From Planctomycetota bacterium (lineage in GTDB: Bacteria; Planctomycetota; UBA1135; UBA2386), in contig CBDFNI010000010.1 in assembly GCA_965250175.1 (NCBI GenBank), forward strand, positions 1,549,637 to 1,613,636: a stretch of DNA of 64,000 bases. The letters run 5' to 3'. Below the pieces are notes generated by a model that was not told the DNA's origin, ran no database searches, and saw only the letters and a list, made by a program, of their open reading frames with translations. The stretch's first letter is position 1, and every line of letters begins with the position of its first letter. Below, piece after piece: positions 37,685-47,150 of this stretch. The position numbers and the translations under genes are program-made.

Positions 37685-38593
37685 ATGGGCAAGGGCGCCA
37701 AGGCAGTGATCTGGATCACGCTGCGGATTCCCCTGCCCCTCTATAGCTGGGCCATGCGGACTGTGATTCCCAGCATCGCTTCGTTCCTGCACAAGAAACA
37801 GGCGCAACGCAACCTGCAGTTGGGCATGGGCAATCAACTGAGTCCGGAACAACAGGCCAAGGTGATCAAAGGCGTGTTCCGCGGTCTGGGTTCCCTGACC
37901 CTGGAATGGCTGGGTTGCTTTCGCCATGGCTTCGAATTCGTCACCGAAAACCTGGACGATGCCGAAGCTCGTGCCCAGGCCATTCGCTTCACCGAGGAAT
38001 GGAAGGGTGGTTGGATCGGTCTCACCGGTCACATAGGCAACTGGGAACTCATCGGCGCCTGGGGTCAACGCCACCTGCCCCGCGGCGTCGGCGGCATCGT
38101 CGCCAAGCGCCAACCCAACCCCTACCTGAATGAAGAAGTTGAGAAGCTGCGCCGCTCCCTGGGGGTGGAAACCATCTACCGCGAGGAACTGGGCAAGATC
38201 ATGCGCTGCCTGAAGAACGGGCAGATGCTGGGCATGGCGCCGGATCAGGATTCGGAGAAGCTGCCCGGGGTGTTCGTGGACTTCATGGGCCGCCGCGCCT
38301 ACACGCCGGTGGGCCCGGCACGCATTGCCATCGCCGCCAACGTGCCCATCGTCATCGGCCTGTTCTTGCGGCAGGGCGACGGTTACCGGGTCTATTTGAG
38401 TGGACCCACCTATCCGGACCTGACAAGGCCGAAGGCGGAAGAAATCCTGCGCCTCACCCAGGCCTGGAGCAACAGCCTGGAAAAGATCATCCGCCAACAT
38501 CCGGAACAGTGGCCCTGGTTCCACAACCGCTGGAAAACCACGCCGGAAATGCTGCAGGCCAAGGGCCGGCAGGCGGTGAAGTTGGAAGGGTAG
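37685..38593 (+). CDS. Lipid A biosynthesis (LpxL/HtrB-type) lysophospholipid acyltransferase family protein.
   Basis: Motifs LTGHIGNWELIG (the HX4D/E-type acyltransferase motif region), MAPDQD, and FFHNRWK-like PWFHNRWK near the C-terminus are present. The start is uncertain: ATG 37685, GTG 37670 or TTG 37661. The track start at 37550 overlaps the kinase gene by 94 nt. Confidence 0.7.
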   Translation: MGKGAKAVIWITLRIPLPLYSWAMRTVIPSIASFLHKKQAQRNLQLGMGNQLSPEQQAKVIKGVFRGLGSLTLEWLGCFRHGFEFVTENLDDAEARAQAIRFTEEWKGGWIGLTGHIGNWELIGAWGQRHLPRGVGGIVAKRQPNPYLNEEVEKLRRSLGVETIYREELGKIMRCLKNGQMLGMAPDQDSEKLPGVFVDFMGRRAYTPVGPARIAIAANVPIVIGLFLRQGDGYRVYLSGPTYPDLTRPKAEEILRLTQAWSNSLEKIIRQHPEQWPWFHNRWKTTPEMLQAKGRQAVKLEG

Positions 38594-38608
38594 AGGGTAG
38601 GGTGCGGG

Positions 38609-39004
38609 CTACTGGCTACGAAGAGCGTCGTAGCGGGCCTGCAGGCGACGACGATGCTCGGCCTGGCTGGCAGACTGACCCTCTGCGGGAATCAGTGTTT
38701 CAGTGAAGGGACTTTCACTTACATCGTACAAGCCCGCCTTCATGGCCCGACTGTCCTGGAGAACAAGCTTGAACTGCGTATCCCGCAGGAACGCCTTCTC
38801 CTTCATCTGCGAGTAGACGAACTCACGATGCGGTCCAGCTGCACCCCTGAGTTGTCCAGCGAAGGATCGCCCGTCGATCTGGCGGTCGGTGGGTAAGTCG
38901 GCGCCGGCAAGGTCCACCACCGTGGCAAAGATGTCGGAGAAATCCGTGAGGCCTGAGTACTGGCTGCCCGCCTGCACCACGTCGGGCCAGAGCACATAAA
39001 AGGG
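38609..39004 (-). pseudogene. 3' fragment of a sulfatase gene interrupted by ISL3.
   Basis: Read from the IS boundary, the translation is (PF)YVLWPDVVQAGSQYSGLTDFSDIFATVVDLAGADLP...GRSF.... This continues the 5' fragment, which ends ...SSSRVPFY at 40616. Confidence 0.85.
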
Positions 39005-40615
39005 CCTCTCCTAAAGGAGGTGTAGGTCATGCCGGGTGCTGATTTCGTCTGGGGACCTTGTATTCGCAAAGGAGAACGCGGATAGCTGCATCTGAAACTC
39101 GGTGGGTTCCCGGTACAGGTTGTAGGCCCTCTTTGAGGATGTGGCAGAGTGCCAAGCCGCCCTGGCGGTTTGGCATCTAAGGAAAGGGCCGTGAGCCGTA
39201 GGGGCAGTCAAGGCTGGCCGTAGGCCACGAGCGGAGCGAGCTTGGCCTTTATGGCACCGAGGCTTGCGGCACAGAGCTGGGGAAAGCTGTTTGCGTTGAG
39301 CCAAGCGTACATAGAAATTGCGCACTGACTGCGTCGAGCATGTTTGATCGCTCTCGACGCAATGGACTTAGTTTTACGCAAGGTCGCATCAGTGCGCGTC
39401 ACCACCCTACTCAACAAGCTCCTCAATCTCCAGGGGCTCCGGGTCACCGGAGCCCAATTTCAAGACGGCGAGATGATTCTCAGTGTCCACCGACGATTCC
39501 AGCTTCTGACCTGCCCACACTGTGGCAAGCGCAAGCGTGGCCGAGAATCCAAACGAAAGCGGCGATGGCGACACTTGGGCATCTGGGGCCATGAGGTTTA
39601 CTTGGAGGGTGAAATACGGCGTTTACGGTGCAAGAAATGCAATGTGGTTGTGACCGAGGCGGTCCCCTGGGCCAGGCATGGCAGTGACTTTACCAAGCCC
39701 TTTGAGGATGTGGTCGCCCTGCTGGCGCAGCAAACAAACGTAACAGCCGTCGCCAGGCTGACTGGGATTTCGTGGGTGACCGTAGGAGCAATCGCTGAGC
39801 GTGTCGTCAGCGAGAACCTTGACCCAAACCGCTTTGATGGTCTGCGCCGCATTGCTGTGGACGAAATCAGCTTCCGCAAGCGACACCGCTACCTGACGGT
39901 GGTCACCGACCACGACAAGAGAAGGGTAATCTGGGTCGCCGAAGGCAAGAGTGCTGATGTGTTCAAGAGATTTTTCACCGAAATCGGTGCTGATGCTTGC
40001 GAGCACATCGAAATTGCCACCATGGACATGTCGGCTGCCTACCGAAAGGCGGCAGCGGAAAATCTTCCAAATGCACAGATCGTCTTTGATCACTTCCACA
40101 TTGCCAAGTTGGCCAACGAAGCTCTCAACGAGGTCCGGCGTGAACTCATGCGCAATGCCGACAATCCCGATGCCAAGAAGGCAATCAAGGGAACGATGTG
40201 GGCACTCCTTCACCGCCAAGATAACACCACCGAAAAGCACATGGGCATCATCGGTCATCTTCGCCCGGAGCAACCACTTGGGCGCGCCTACTTGCTCAAG
40301 GAGACTCTGCTCGACATCCTGCGAGGCAGCATCAAAGAGTCAGAGCTTGCTCTTGATGGTTGGATGGCCTGGGCTTCACGCTCCCGACTCAAGCCATTCG
40401 TCAAACTCGGCAAAACGATCCGCAAACACCTTGGCGGGATCCTGGCTCTCTTCAAAGAACGATTCACCAATGGCCTGGCGGAAGGCATGAACAACAAAAT
40501 TCGCCTCCTCAGCCATCGCGCCTATGGCTTCCACAGCGCAGCCCCTTTGATTGCTACCATCTTCCTCTGCTGTGGTGGGGTCAGGCTTCCTGACCTACAA
40601 CTGCTTTAGGAGAAC
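39005..40615 (+). mobile_element. ISL3-family insertion sequence (about 1.61 kb).
   Basis: The terminal inverted repeats are CCTCTCCTAAAGGAGGTGTAGGTCA and the complement of TGACCTACAACTGCTTTAGGAGAAC; 22 of 27 aligned positions match by hand. The flanking direct repeat CATAAAAGGG lies at 38995-39004 and 40616-40625. ISL3 elements make 8-bp duplications, so the exact ends are ambiguous by 1-3 nt. Confidence 0.85.
39362..40609 (+). CDS. ISL3-family transposase.
   Basis: From ATG 39362 the protein reads MDLVLRKVASVRVTTLLNKLLNLQGLRVTG.... It has a zinc-finger-like CPHCG...CKKC pair. The core contains AVDEISFRKRHRYLTVV and IVFDHFHI. The stop lies inside the right inverted repeat. Confidence 0.85.
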   Translation: MDLVLRKVASVRVTTLLNKLLNLQGLRVTGAQFQDGEMILSVHRRFQLLTCPHCGKRKRGRESKRKRRWRHLGIWGHEVYLEGEIRRLRCKKCNVVVTEAVPWARHGSDFTKPFEDVVALLAQQTNVTAVARLTGISWVTVGAIAERVVSENLDPNRFDGLRRIAVDEISFRKRHRYLTVVTDHDKRRVIWVAEGKSADVFKRFFTEIGADACEHIEIATMDMSAAYRKAAAENLPNAQIVFDHFHIAKLANEALNEVRRELMRNADNPDAKKAIKGTMWALLHRQDNTTEKHMGIIGHLRPEQPLGRAYLLKETLLDILRGSIKESELALDGWMAWASRSRLKPFVKLGKTIRKHLGGILALFKERFTNGLAEGMNNKIRLLSHRAYGFHSAAPLIATIFLCCGGVRLPDLQLL

Positions 40616-41591
40616 CATAAAAGGGCACGCGAGAACTGCTGTCCTTGTAGGTGAGCTTGCCACCCTGCACATCCTTGCCCTGATACCTGGAAGTGAATTG
40701 TCGAGCCGTGCCGTTGTCGCCAGCGACGATGATGATCGTGTCCTTGGTGATGCCCAAGGCGTCGATGCGCTGCAGCAGTCGACCGATGAGCCCGTCGGCA
40801 TACTCCAACATGCTGAGGTAGTGAAGCTCCTGGCGGGCGGCACGCTCGGCCCTTCCCGCATCGGCTCCCAATACCGTCCCTGAGTCGCCCAGCGGCGTGG
40901 GAACAAAAGGCGAGTGCACCAGACCCAGGGAATACTGCAGGAAGAACGGCTCCTTGCCGCCTGCCGCCTTGCTGACAAAGTCACAGGCCCAGCGATTTGT
41001 TTTATAGGGCAGGTACTCGGCTTCAGGCTTTGCCGGGCCATAGTCAATGGTGTGACCAACAAAGGGGTAACACTGGGCAAAGCCCTGGCTTTGCACATGC
41101 GCCTCGACCTCTTGTAGCTGGGCAGGCGTGGCTCTTGCCGCGCCAATGCCATGGCGCAAGTTCCACTTGCCTGCCATACCGGTCAAGTAGCCTTTTTCCT
41201 GCAGGATCTCGGCGAAGGTAATTTCCGTATCGGCCAAGGGACCGTTGGGCAGCAGCGGATAGGTCACCCCGGTACGAAATGGATAACGCCCGGTCAAGAA
41301 CTGGGCGCGGGTCGGCGCACAGGAGGGTGTGGCATAGGCATTGCGAAAAGTCATGCCTGCAGCGGCGATGGCGTCCAGGTTTGGTTGCTTGTACGGCACC
41401 AGCTCGCCGCTCTTTCGCACCAGCCCCTGCGACCCATAGCTATTCGTCGCCTCGATCCCCAGATCATCAATGAGGATGAAAACGATGTTGGGGCGGCTTG
41501 CCGCCGTCTTGCCGCTGGACATCGCAACGGTGCAGCTGACAAAGCCGACAAAAACGAAACCGAGACAGAGTTGTAGGTAGAGGTTTCTCAT
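40616..41591 (-). pseudogene. 5' fragment of the ISL3-interrupted sulfatase gene.
   Basis: ATG 41591 gives MRNLYLQLCLGFVFVGFVSC (lipoprotein-like). PNIVFILIDDLG follows, and the formylglycine motif appears as SCAPTRAQFLTGR. The track ORF reads from the gene into the IS and ends there. Confidence 0.85.
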
Positions 41592-41611
41592 AATTCTTGA
41601 GGTTACGAACA

Positions 41612-42523
41612 TCATTGGAACAAGCCTTCCACACTCAGGTAGCGTTGGCCGGTATCAGCGAACACCGCGACGATGACCTTGTTTCGATGTTCCGGCTGCG
41701 CCGCCAAAGCCAAGGCCGCATGGGCCGCGGCGCCAGAGGAGATGCCCACCAACAAGCCTTCGCGCCGGGCTACCTGACGAGTCATGTGGAAGGCCTCTGC
41801 TTCGCTCACCAAAAAGAAGTCATCGATCAGCGCCCGATCCAAAGTGTCCGGCACAAAGCCCGGAGCTGTTCCCATCATGCGATGCGGCTGCCATTTCCCC
41901 TGCGAGATAAAGGGCGCTTCCTTGGGCTCCACCGCCACCAACTGCACCTGGGGATTTTGTTCCTTCAAGTAACGCCCCGCTCCACACAGGGTCCCACCCG
42001 TACCCAAGGCCGCCACCAGAATGTCGATGTGACCTTGGGTGTCCTGCCAAATCTCCGGCCCAGTTGTAAGGTAGTGGGCCTTGGGGTTGGCCGGGTTGAC
42101 ATGCTGGCCGATGTAGAAGTACTCCGGGTTGGCACCAAGGATCTCCTGCAGCTTCTGCTTGGCTCCTTTGGTACCCAGTGCAGCCGGCGTCAGGATCAGC
42201 TCCGCCCCCAGTGCTTGCAGCACTTGCCGCCGTTCCAGACTTTGCATCTCCGACATCACCAGGATGGCCCGGTAGCCGCGGACCGCAGCAATGGAAGCCA
42301 CCGCCATCCCCGTGTTGCCACTGGTGGCTTCGATGAGGGTATGGCCTGGTTGGATTGCACCTTGGGCCTCAGCCTCATTGATGATCTGCAGGACCGGTCG
42401 ATCCTTGAGACTCAGCGGGTTCAGGAATTCACACTTGGCCAGAACCCTGCCCGACTCCGCCAGCCTTTGCAGCCGCAGGAGAGGAGTCTTACCGATGAGT
42501 TGGGTCGCGTTCTGGTAGATCAT
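41612..42523 (-). CDS. cysK: Cysteine synthase / O-acetylserine sulfhydrylase family PLP enzyme.
   Basis: From ATG 42523 the protein reads MIYQNATQLIGKTPLLRL. The PLP-lysine region is FLNPLSLKDRPV, followed by TSGNTG. The ATG overlaps the stop of the upstream sulfatase fragment (ATGA at 42520-42523). The cysK versus cysM assignment cannot be resolved from this sequence. Confidence 0.8.
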   Translation of the reverse strand: MIYQNATQLIGKTPLLRLQRLAESGRVLAKCEFLNPLSLKDRPVLQIINEAEAQGAIQPGHTLIEATSGNTGMAVASIAAVRGYRAILVMSEMQSLERRQVLQALGAELILTPAALGTKGAKQKLQEILGANPEYFYIGQHVNPANPKAHYLTTGPEIWQDTQGHIDILVAALGTGGTLCGAGRYLKEQNPQVQLVAVEPKEAPFISQGKWQPHRMMGTAPGFVPDTLDRALIDDFFLVSEAEAFHMTRQVARREGLLVGISSGAAAHAALALAAQPEHRNKVIVAVFADTGQRYLSVEGLFQ

Positions 42524-42876
42524 GGCCGAGCCGCCTGCCAACCGCTACGCAACTGCTTGGCCAACCGCTGCAGCAGTTCCTTGTCGACTTCATCGACGAT
42601 GTTCCGGTTCTCTTCCGGGTCTTCATGGTGGTCGTAGAGTTCTTTGGCCACCAGTTTTCCTGCAGTCTTCGTCTCCTTATCCCAGGGGTGCCATTCCACG
42701 TAGTTGTATTGCTCCGTGACCATGCTGTAGCCCATGTATGTCTTGCCATCAGGACCACGCCAAATGCCTTCCCGCAGGAACTGGCTGAAGACAGCGCTCT
42801 TCCAGGGCTGGGCAACATCCTGGGTCAAGGGCTGCATGCTGCAACCTTCCAGACCGTCAGGTAGCTGCAAGCCCAC
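42520..42876 (-). pseudogene. 3' fragment of a second sulfatase gene, interrupted by IS630 copy 2.
   Basis: Joining the two flanks across a single TA restores one frame: ...[30 protein letters not shown].... The fragment ends ...LRSGWQAARP. Confidence 0.85.
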
Positions 42877-43970
42877 TAGTGGTGTGATGCGCTCTGTTGG
42901 GGCATTTTCAGTGCAGCGCGTGCGCGACCGACTTTTTCGAGGATCTCGTCGGCGGCCTTGGTCCAAACAATCGGCTTCGGATCGTCGTTGTGGTTATCGA
43001 TGTAGTCCATGATTGCTTTCTTGAGTTGAGGGACGCTGCGAAACGCGTCGCGCTTCAGGCGTTTTTGATCAAGATTGCGGAAAAACCCCTCCACGATATT
43101 GAGCCACGAGCTGCTTGTCGGGATGAAGTGCATGTGGAATCGCGGATGGCGCTTCAGCCACCGCTTAACCTTCTCATGCTTGTGTGTGGCGTAGTTGTCG
43201 GCGATGACGTGCAGATCGAGTTCAGCTGGAGTTTGCTCGTCGATCATTCTCAGGAACTTGATCCACTCCTGATGTCGATGTCGCTTCATGCAGGTTGCGA
43301 TCACTTCGCCGTGACCCAACTCGATCGCGGCGAACAAGGTGGTTGTTCCGTTCCTCTTGTAGTCATGAGTCATCGTGCCGCATCGACCCTTGACCAGTGG
43401 AAGGCTCTTCTGGGTCCGATCGAGAGCCTGAATTGACGTCTTTTCGTCCGCGCTAAAGACGAGTGCATTCTCGGGTGGATTCAGGTAGAGACCTACCACA
43501 TCGCGCAGCTTCTCTTCGAACCGAGAATCGTTGCTGACCTTGAACGTCTTCACCAAGTGAGGTTTCAGACCGTTGGCCTTCCATGTGCGGTGGACCATCG
43601 ACTGCGTGATTCCCATCTCCTCTGCAAGGAGTCGCGTGCTCCAGTGTGTCGCGTTCGCGGGGATCTCTTGCGTAGTCATGCGGATGATCTCACTCTCAAC
43701 TTCCTCGTTCGCACGGGGACGACCTCCCCGAGGAAGGTCCTTCTCTATACCAGTGAGGCGATGCTCGCTGAAGCGGTTTCGCCAACGCCCCACAGTGTGT
43801 CGCTTGACCCTCATCTCCTCAGCTATATCCGCATTCGAGTAGCCATCAGCGGCAAGAAGGATCATTCGGGCTCGCTGAGCTTGCCTCACCGAAATTCTCC
43901 GACTGCGTGACCAATTCGTCAGGGTGCTTCGCTCGCTCTTGGTAAGTTGAATCTCTACTGCAACGCGCAT
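42876..43970 (-). CDS. IS630-family DDE transposase, copy 2.
   Basis: The protein is identical to that of copy 1 in the track translation. Confidence 0.9.
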   Translation of the reverse strand: MRVAVEIQLTKSERSTLTNWSRSRRISVRQAQRARMILLAADGYSNADIAEEMRVKRHTVGRWRNRFSEHRLTGIEKDLPRGGRPRANEEVESEIIRMTTQEIPANATHWSTRLLAEEMGITQSMVHRTWKANGLKPHLVKTFKVSNDSRFEEKLRDVVGLYLNPPENALVFSADEKTSIQALDRTQKSLPLVKGRCGTMTHDYKRNGTTTLFAAIELGHGEVIATCMKRHRHQEWIKFLRMIDEQTPAELDLHVIADNYATHKHEKVKRWLKRHPRFHMHFIPTSSSWLNIVEGFFRNLDQKRLKRDAFRSVPQLKKAIMDYIDNHNDDPKPIVWTKAADEILEKVGRARAALKMPQQSASHH

Positions 43971-44053
43971 CGTCTTGCCTCCAACGATACCTACGCACCG
44001 CAAGCGTAGGGAGGCTTAATATAAAGGCCTACTAATTCTGCGTCATACCACTA
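42877..44053 (-). mobile_element. IS630-family insertion sequence, copy 2, inverted relative to copy 1.
   Basis: It is 1177 bp with TA at both ends. Only two differences from copy 1 were found by eye: copy 1 has G at 3532 and C at 3622, where copy 2 has A and T. Both changes are synonymous in the transposase. Confidence 0.9.
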
Positions 44054-45263
44054 GTTCACACAAGGTTGGATAGACATCCACGAACTCCACCAGGCGATGA
44101 CACTGATTGCCGTTCTCCTTGGCACCAGGGGCAGAGACAATCAGCGGCACTCGGGTGTCGATATCGTAGTTGGTCATCTTGCACCAACTGCTGTGCTCGC
44201 CCAGCTTCCAACCGTGATCCCCCCAGAGCACGATGATGGTATTCTCTGCCAGGCCCAAGCTATCCAAGGCATCCAGAAGCCGGCCCACCTGGGCATCGAT
44301 GTAACTCACCGAGGCGTAGTAACCATGCCGCAGCAAGCGCTGCTCTGCTTCGGTCAAGGCGCCCTGATCCGGCCTGGGGCCGCCCTTGAAGTCGCTGTAG
44401 CCTCGTAGCTCCCGCATGCTGTTGCTGGCCATGGACGGTGCATCCTTGGGCAGGTAGCCGTTGTCCGCCAAGGGAATCTCATTGCGGTCGTACAAGTCCC
44501 AGTATTTCTTCGGCGCATTGAAGGGCAGGTGGGGTCGGTAGTAACCCACAGCAAAGAAGAAGGGCTCTGCTCGTTCCTTCAGCTCCGCCAGCTTGGCCAC
44601 AGCCACGTCGGTTTGCGCCCCGTCAAAGTAGACATTGTCCGGCAGGTCCACACACTCGGTGGCCGTGTGCTTCAGGTACCACTGGCCAAAGCGATCGATG
44701 TAACGCTCCTGCCTCCCGGCAGCGGTGATGTCCGCCTGCAAGCTGGCCAACCATGCCACATTCTCCGGCTGGCGATACACCGCATCGGGATCAAAGGGAT
44801 AGCCATCAATCTGCAGCTTGGGCTCGCTCCACGACAGGTCATCGGGCAGGTTGTTGTGGAAGATCTTGCCAATGGCGGTGCTGAAATAACCCTGCTGCTT
44901 GAAGTACTGGGCCAGGGTAACAACTTCAGGCCTGGTCTTGCGAAAGTCGGTGTACAAGTCCCACACCTTCAGGCTGTCCGGCCGCAGGCCAGTCATCAGG
45001 CTGGCCCGGGATGGGTTGCACACCGCTTGTTGGCAGTAGGCCTTGGTGAAGGTCACCCCCCGCGTCGCCAGGCGATCGATGTTGGGGCTCTGGATGTGGG
45101 AAGCACCGTAGCAACCCAGCTCGGGCCTGAGGTCATCCACGGCGATGAACAACACATTGGGACGCTTTGCGCTTGGGGCCAATCCCTGCTCTTGCTGGGC
45201 ATGGACAGGACAGGAGCAGACAAGGGCGAGGATGGCGAGAACCAGCGGCATGGGTGGTTTCAT
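44054..45263 (-). pseudogene. 5' fragment of the IS630-interrupted sulfatase (iduronate-2-sulfatase-like).
   Basis: The signal peptide is MKPPMPLVLAILALVCSCPVHAQ (ATG 45263; the track starts at 45272). PNVLFIAVDDLR follows, and the formylglycine motif appears as CNPSRASLMTG. The fragment ends at the IS within YPTLCEL. Confidence 0.85.
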
Positions 45264-45391
45264 GGCCAACACCCTATAGAGGAATTGCTATCCGCCATAA
45301 TACATATCAGCCCCCCTCCCCCAAAAAGCAAAGCTTGCCTGCCTGGTTAGAACAGGTTCGTCCAGGAAGCTGCCAATGGCGCAAACCCTCG

Positions 45392-47146
45392 CTACCGGGA
45401 CTCTTCCGCAAAGTCAGAGTGCTTCAGGAACTCCCGGCCGGAACCAAACTTCTGCACCCAGAAGCTGCCCTGGTTGCCAATGGCAAATTCCCGATGGCCC
45501 TGGTGCAGGATGCTGCGATGGTGCGCGGAAGAATGCAGCCAACCCAGGAATGTGCCTCGGGCCTGCGGGTTGCGGCTGATGTTTTCGCCGCTGCCCCGCA
45601 TGTATCCCTCCTTGCGCATGCGATCCACCGGCGACCGACGACCCGGACTGGGAGAGAAGTGACTGAAGTAACCCAGGCGAACCATCTCTTCCCCATGGCC
45701 CCGCGCCGCCGCCAAAATCTTCAGGTTCAGGGCCAAGGCCTGCCGACCCAACATGCGACGGTAGGCATTGGTCTCCCGCAGGATCAAGGCTTCGCCGGGC
45801 TTCAGCCTGGCTGCCAGGGCGGCATTGAAGCTGACAATCTTTTGCCGCAAAGCAAGCTGGTCATACTCGGACTGATCCAGGCAGAAGTTTTGCACGGTCA
45901 ATTCCCCTTGGGCGGGCAGGATCCGAATCCAGGTCAAACGATGCCGGGCCAGATCCATGGACTTGGCCAGCTCCCTATCCGCGCCAGCATCCCTATCTGC
46001 GCCAGCAGCCGTGTCCAACAAACACTGCTGCAACCATTGCAGGGCAGCTAGTTTGTCCTGCAGGCTGGATGGCGGCGTGACTTTGGTAGCCCTGCTTTCC
46101 CAGATCTCCCGCACTTGCGCAACCCGTTGATCCACTTCCTTCTGCACCTCCGGGTAGCGGGCTGCTGTTTTGGCATCCACTTCCGGTTGGCGGTAGGGAT
46201 AGAAGTACTTCACCTCATCATTGATGAGTTCCAGGGCATGAGCCCGCCGCAGATCCAACTCAGCGCGCTGCTGCACAACCTTGACCCAGGAACCCTTGAA
46301 GCTGTGCCCATCCAGCGCCTCCAGCATGCGCTGGCACTCACCCTGCAGGGCAAGCTTGAGCAAAGCTGCGGGTTGCTCCTGGCTCAGGTCCCCGTAGATC
46401 TTGGCCCGACTCTTTGCCGAGCGCCCGGCCAAGGCTGCCAGGCGACGCTGTAACTTGAGGATGAAGTCTTGGCTAAAGGATTGTGGTGCTGGTGTTGCAG
46501 GTTCTTCAGCTTTGGGAAGAACAACTGGAGCCAGGCGCTGTGGTTCCGGTTTGCTTGGTTCAGGATTACTAGCCACTGGTTTGGGCTGAAGCTCTTGTTC
46601 TAGCTCCTCTGCAGGTAGTTCAATTCTGACTTGCGGTTCAGGTTCCGGTTCAATTTCCACCTCTGCTGTTGGCTCAGTGGGTGCTGGTCCAGAGATTGGC
46701 GTTTTCACCACAACCTCCTTGTCCTGCAAGTCCTGACGGATCTCCCGCAGGCGTCCCAAGATCAGTCGAGCTGCCTGCTGCTGATGCTTGCTGCCCTTAT
46801 GCTTTATGGCCTTGAACTCAGACAAGTGCTGTTGGTAACCCTTGCTCTTGTACTCCTGGGCAATCTGCTGCAGAAAACCCGCATGAGCTGTTTGGATGGC
46901 GGTCACTTCCGCCTGCGACTGTTCCACCAAAGCCAGGCGACGAGGATCCTGTTGCACCCAATCCCGGCGCAAGCGCCCAAGGATCTGTTCTACTTTTTTA
47001 AAGTCACCGCGACGTTGGGCTTCCTTCAGGGCATAGGCCTGGGTGCTTGGCAAGGCCACATGCCCCTCACCACATTGGTACAAGCCAAAGATCAGCAGCA
47101 GGCCCAGCAAAAGCACCGCCGCAATCATTCCCTTGGTTGTGAGCAT
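45392..47146 (-). CDS. Membrane-anchored protein with a C-terminal CAP/SCP (YkwD-like) domain.
   Basis: The N-terminal TM segment is MLTTKGMIAAVLLLGLLLIFGLY. A long helical and Pro/Glu-rich middle region follows. The C-terminus reads ETNAYRRMLGRQAL...GYFSHFSP...GENISRN...WLHSSAHHRSIL, which fits a CAP domain. Confidence 0.7.
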   Translation of the reverse strand: MLTTKGMIAAVLLLGLLLIFGLYQCGEGHVALPSTQAYALKEAQRRGDFKKVEQILGRLRRDWVQQDPRRLALVEQSQAEVTAIQTAHAGFLQQIAQEYKSKGYQQHLSEFKAIKHKGSKHQQQAARLILGRLREIRQDLQDKEVVVKTPISGPAPTEPTAEVEIEPEPEPQVRIELPAEELEQELQPKPVASNPEPSKPEPQRLAPVVLPKAEEPATPAPQSFSQDFILKLQRRLAALAGRSAKSRAKIYGDLSQEQPAALLKLALQGECQRMLEALDGHSFKGSWVKVVQQRAELDLRRAHALELINDEVKYFYPYRQPEVDAKTAARYPEVQKEVDQRVAQVREIWESRATKVTPPSSLQDKLAALQWLQQCLLDTAAGADRDAGADRELAKSMDLARHRLTWIRILPAQGELTVQNFCLDQSEYDQLALRQKIVSFNAALAARLKPGEALILRETNAYRRMLGRQALALNLKILAAARGHGEEMVRLGYFSHFSPSPGRRSPVDRMRKEGYMRGSGENISRNPQARGTFLGWLHSSAHHRSILHQGHREFAIGNQGSFWVQKFGSGREFLKHSDFAEESR

Positions 47147-47150
47147 GTCC

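Noticed and set aside
2955-44053. The possibility that the segment between the inverted IS630 copies has already been inverted, which would explain the mismatched flanks of copy 1.
   Set aside because: Both halves of the sulfatase gene still flank copy 2 in the correct order and frame. A single inversion would have moved the 3' half next to copy 1.
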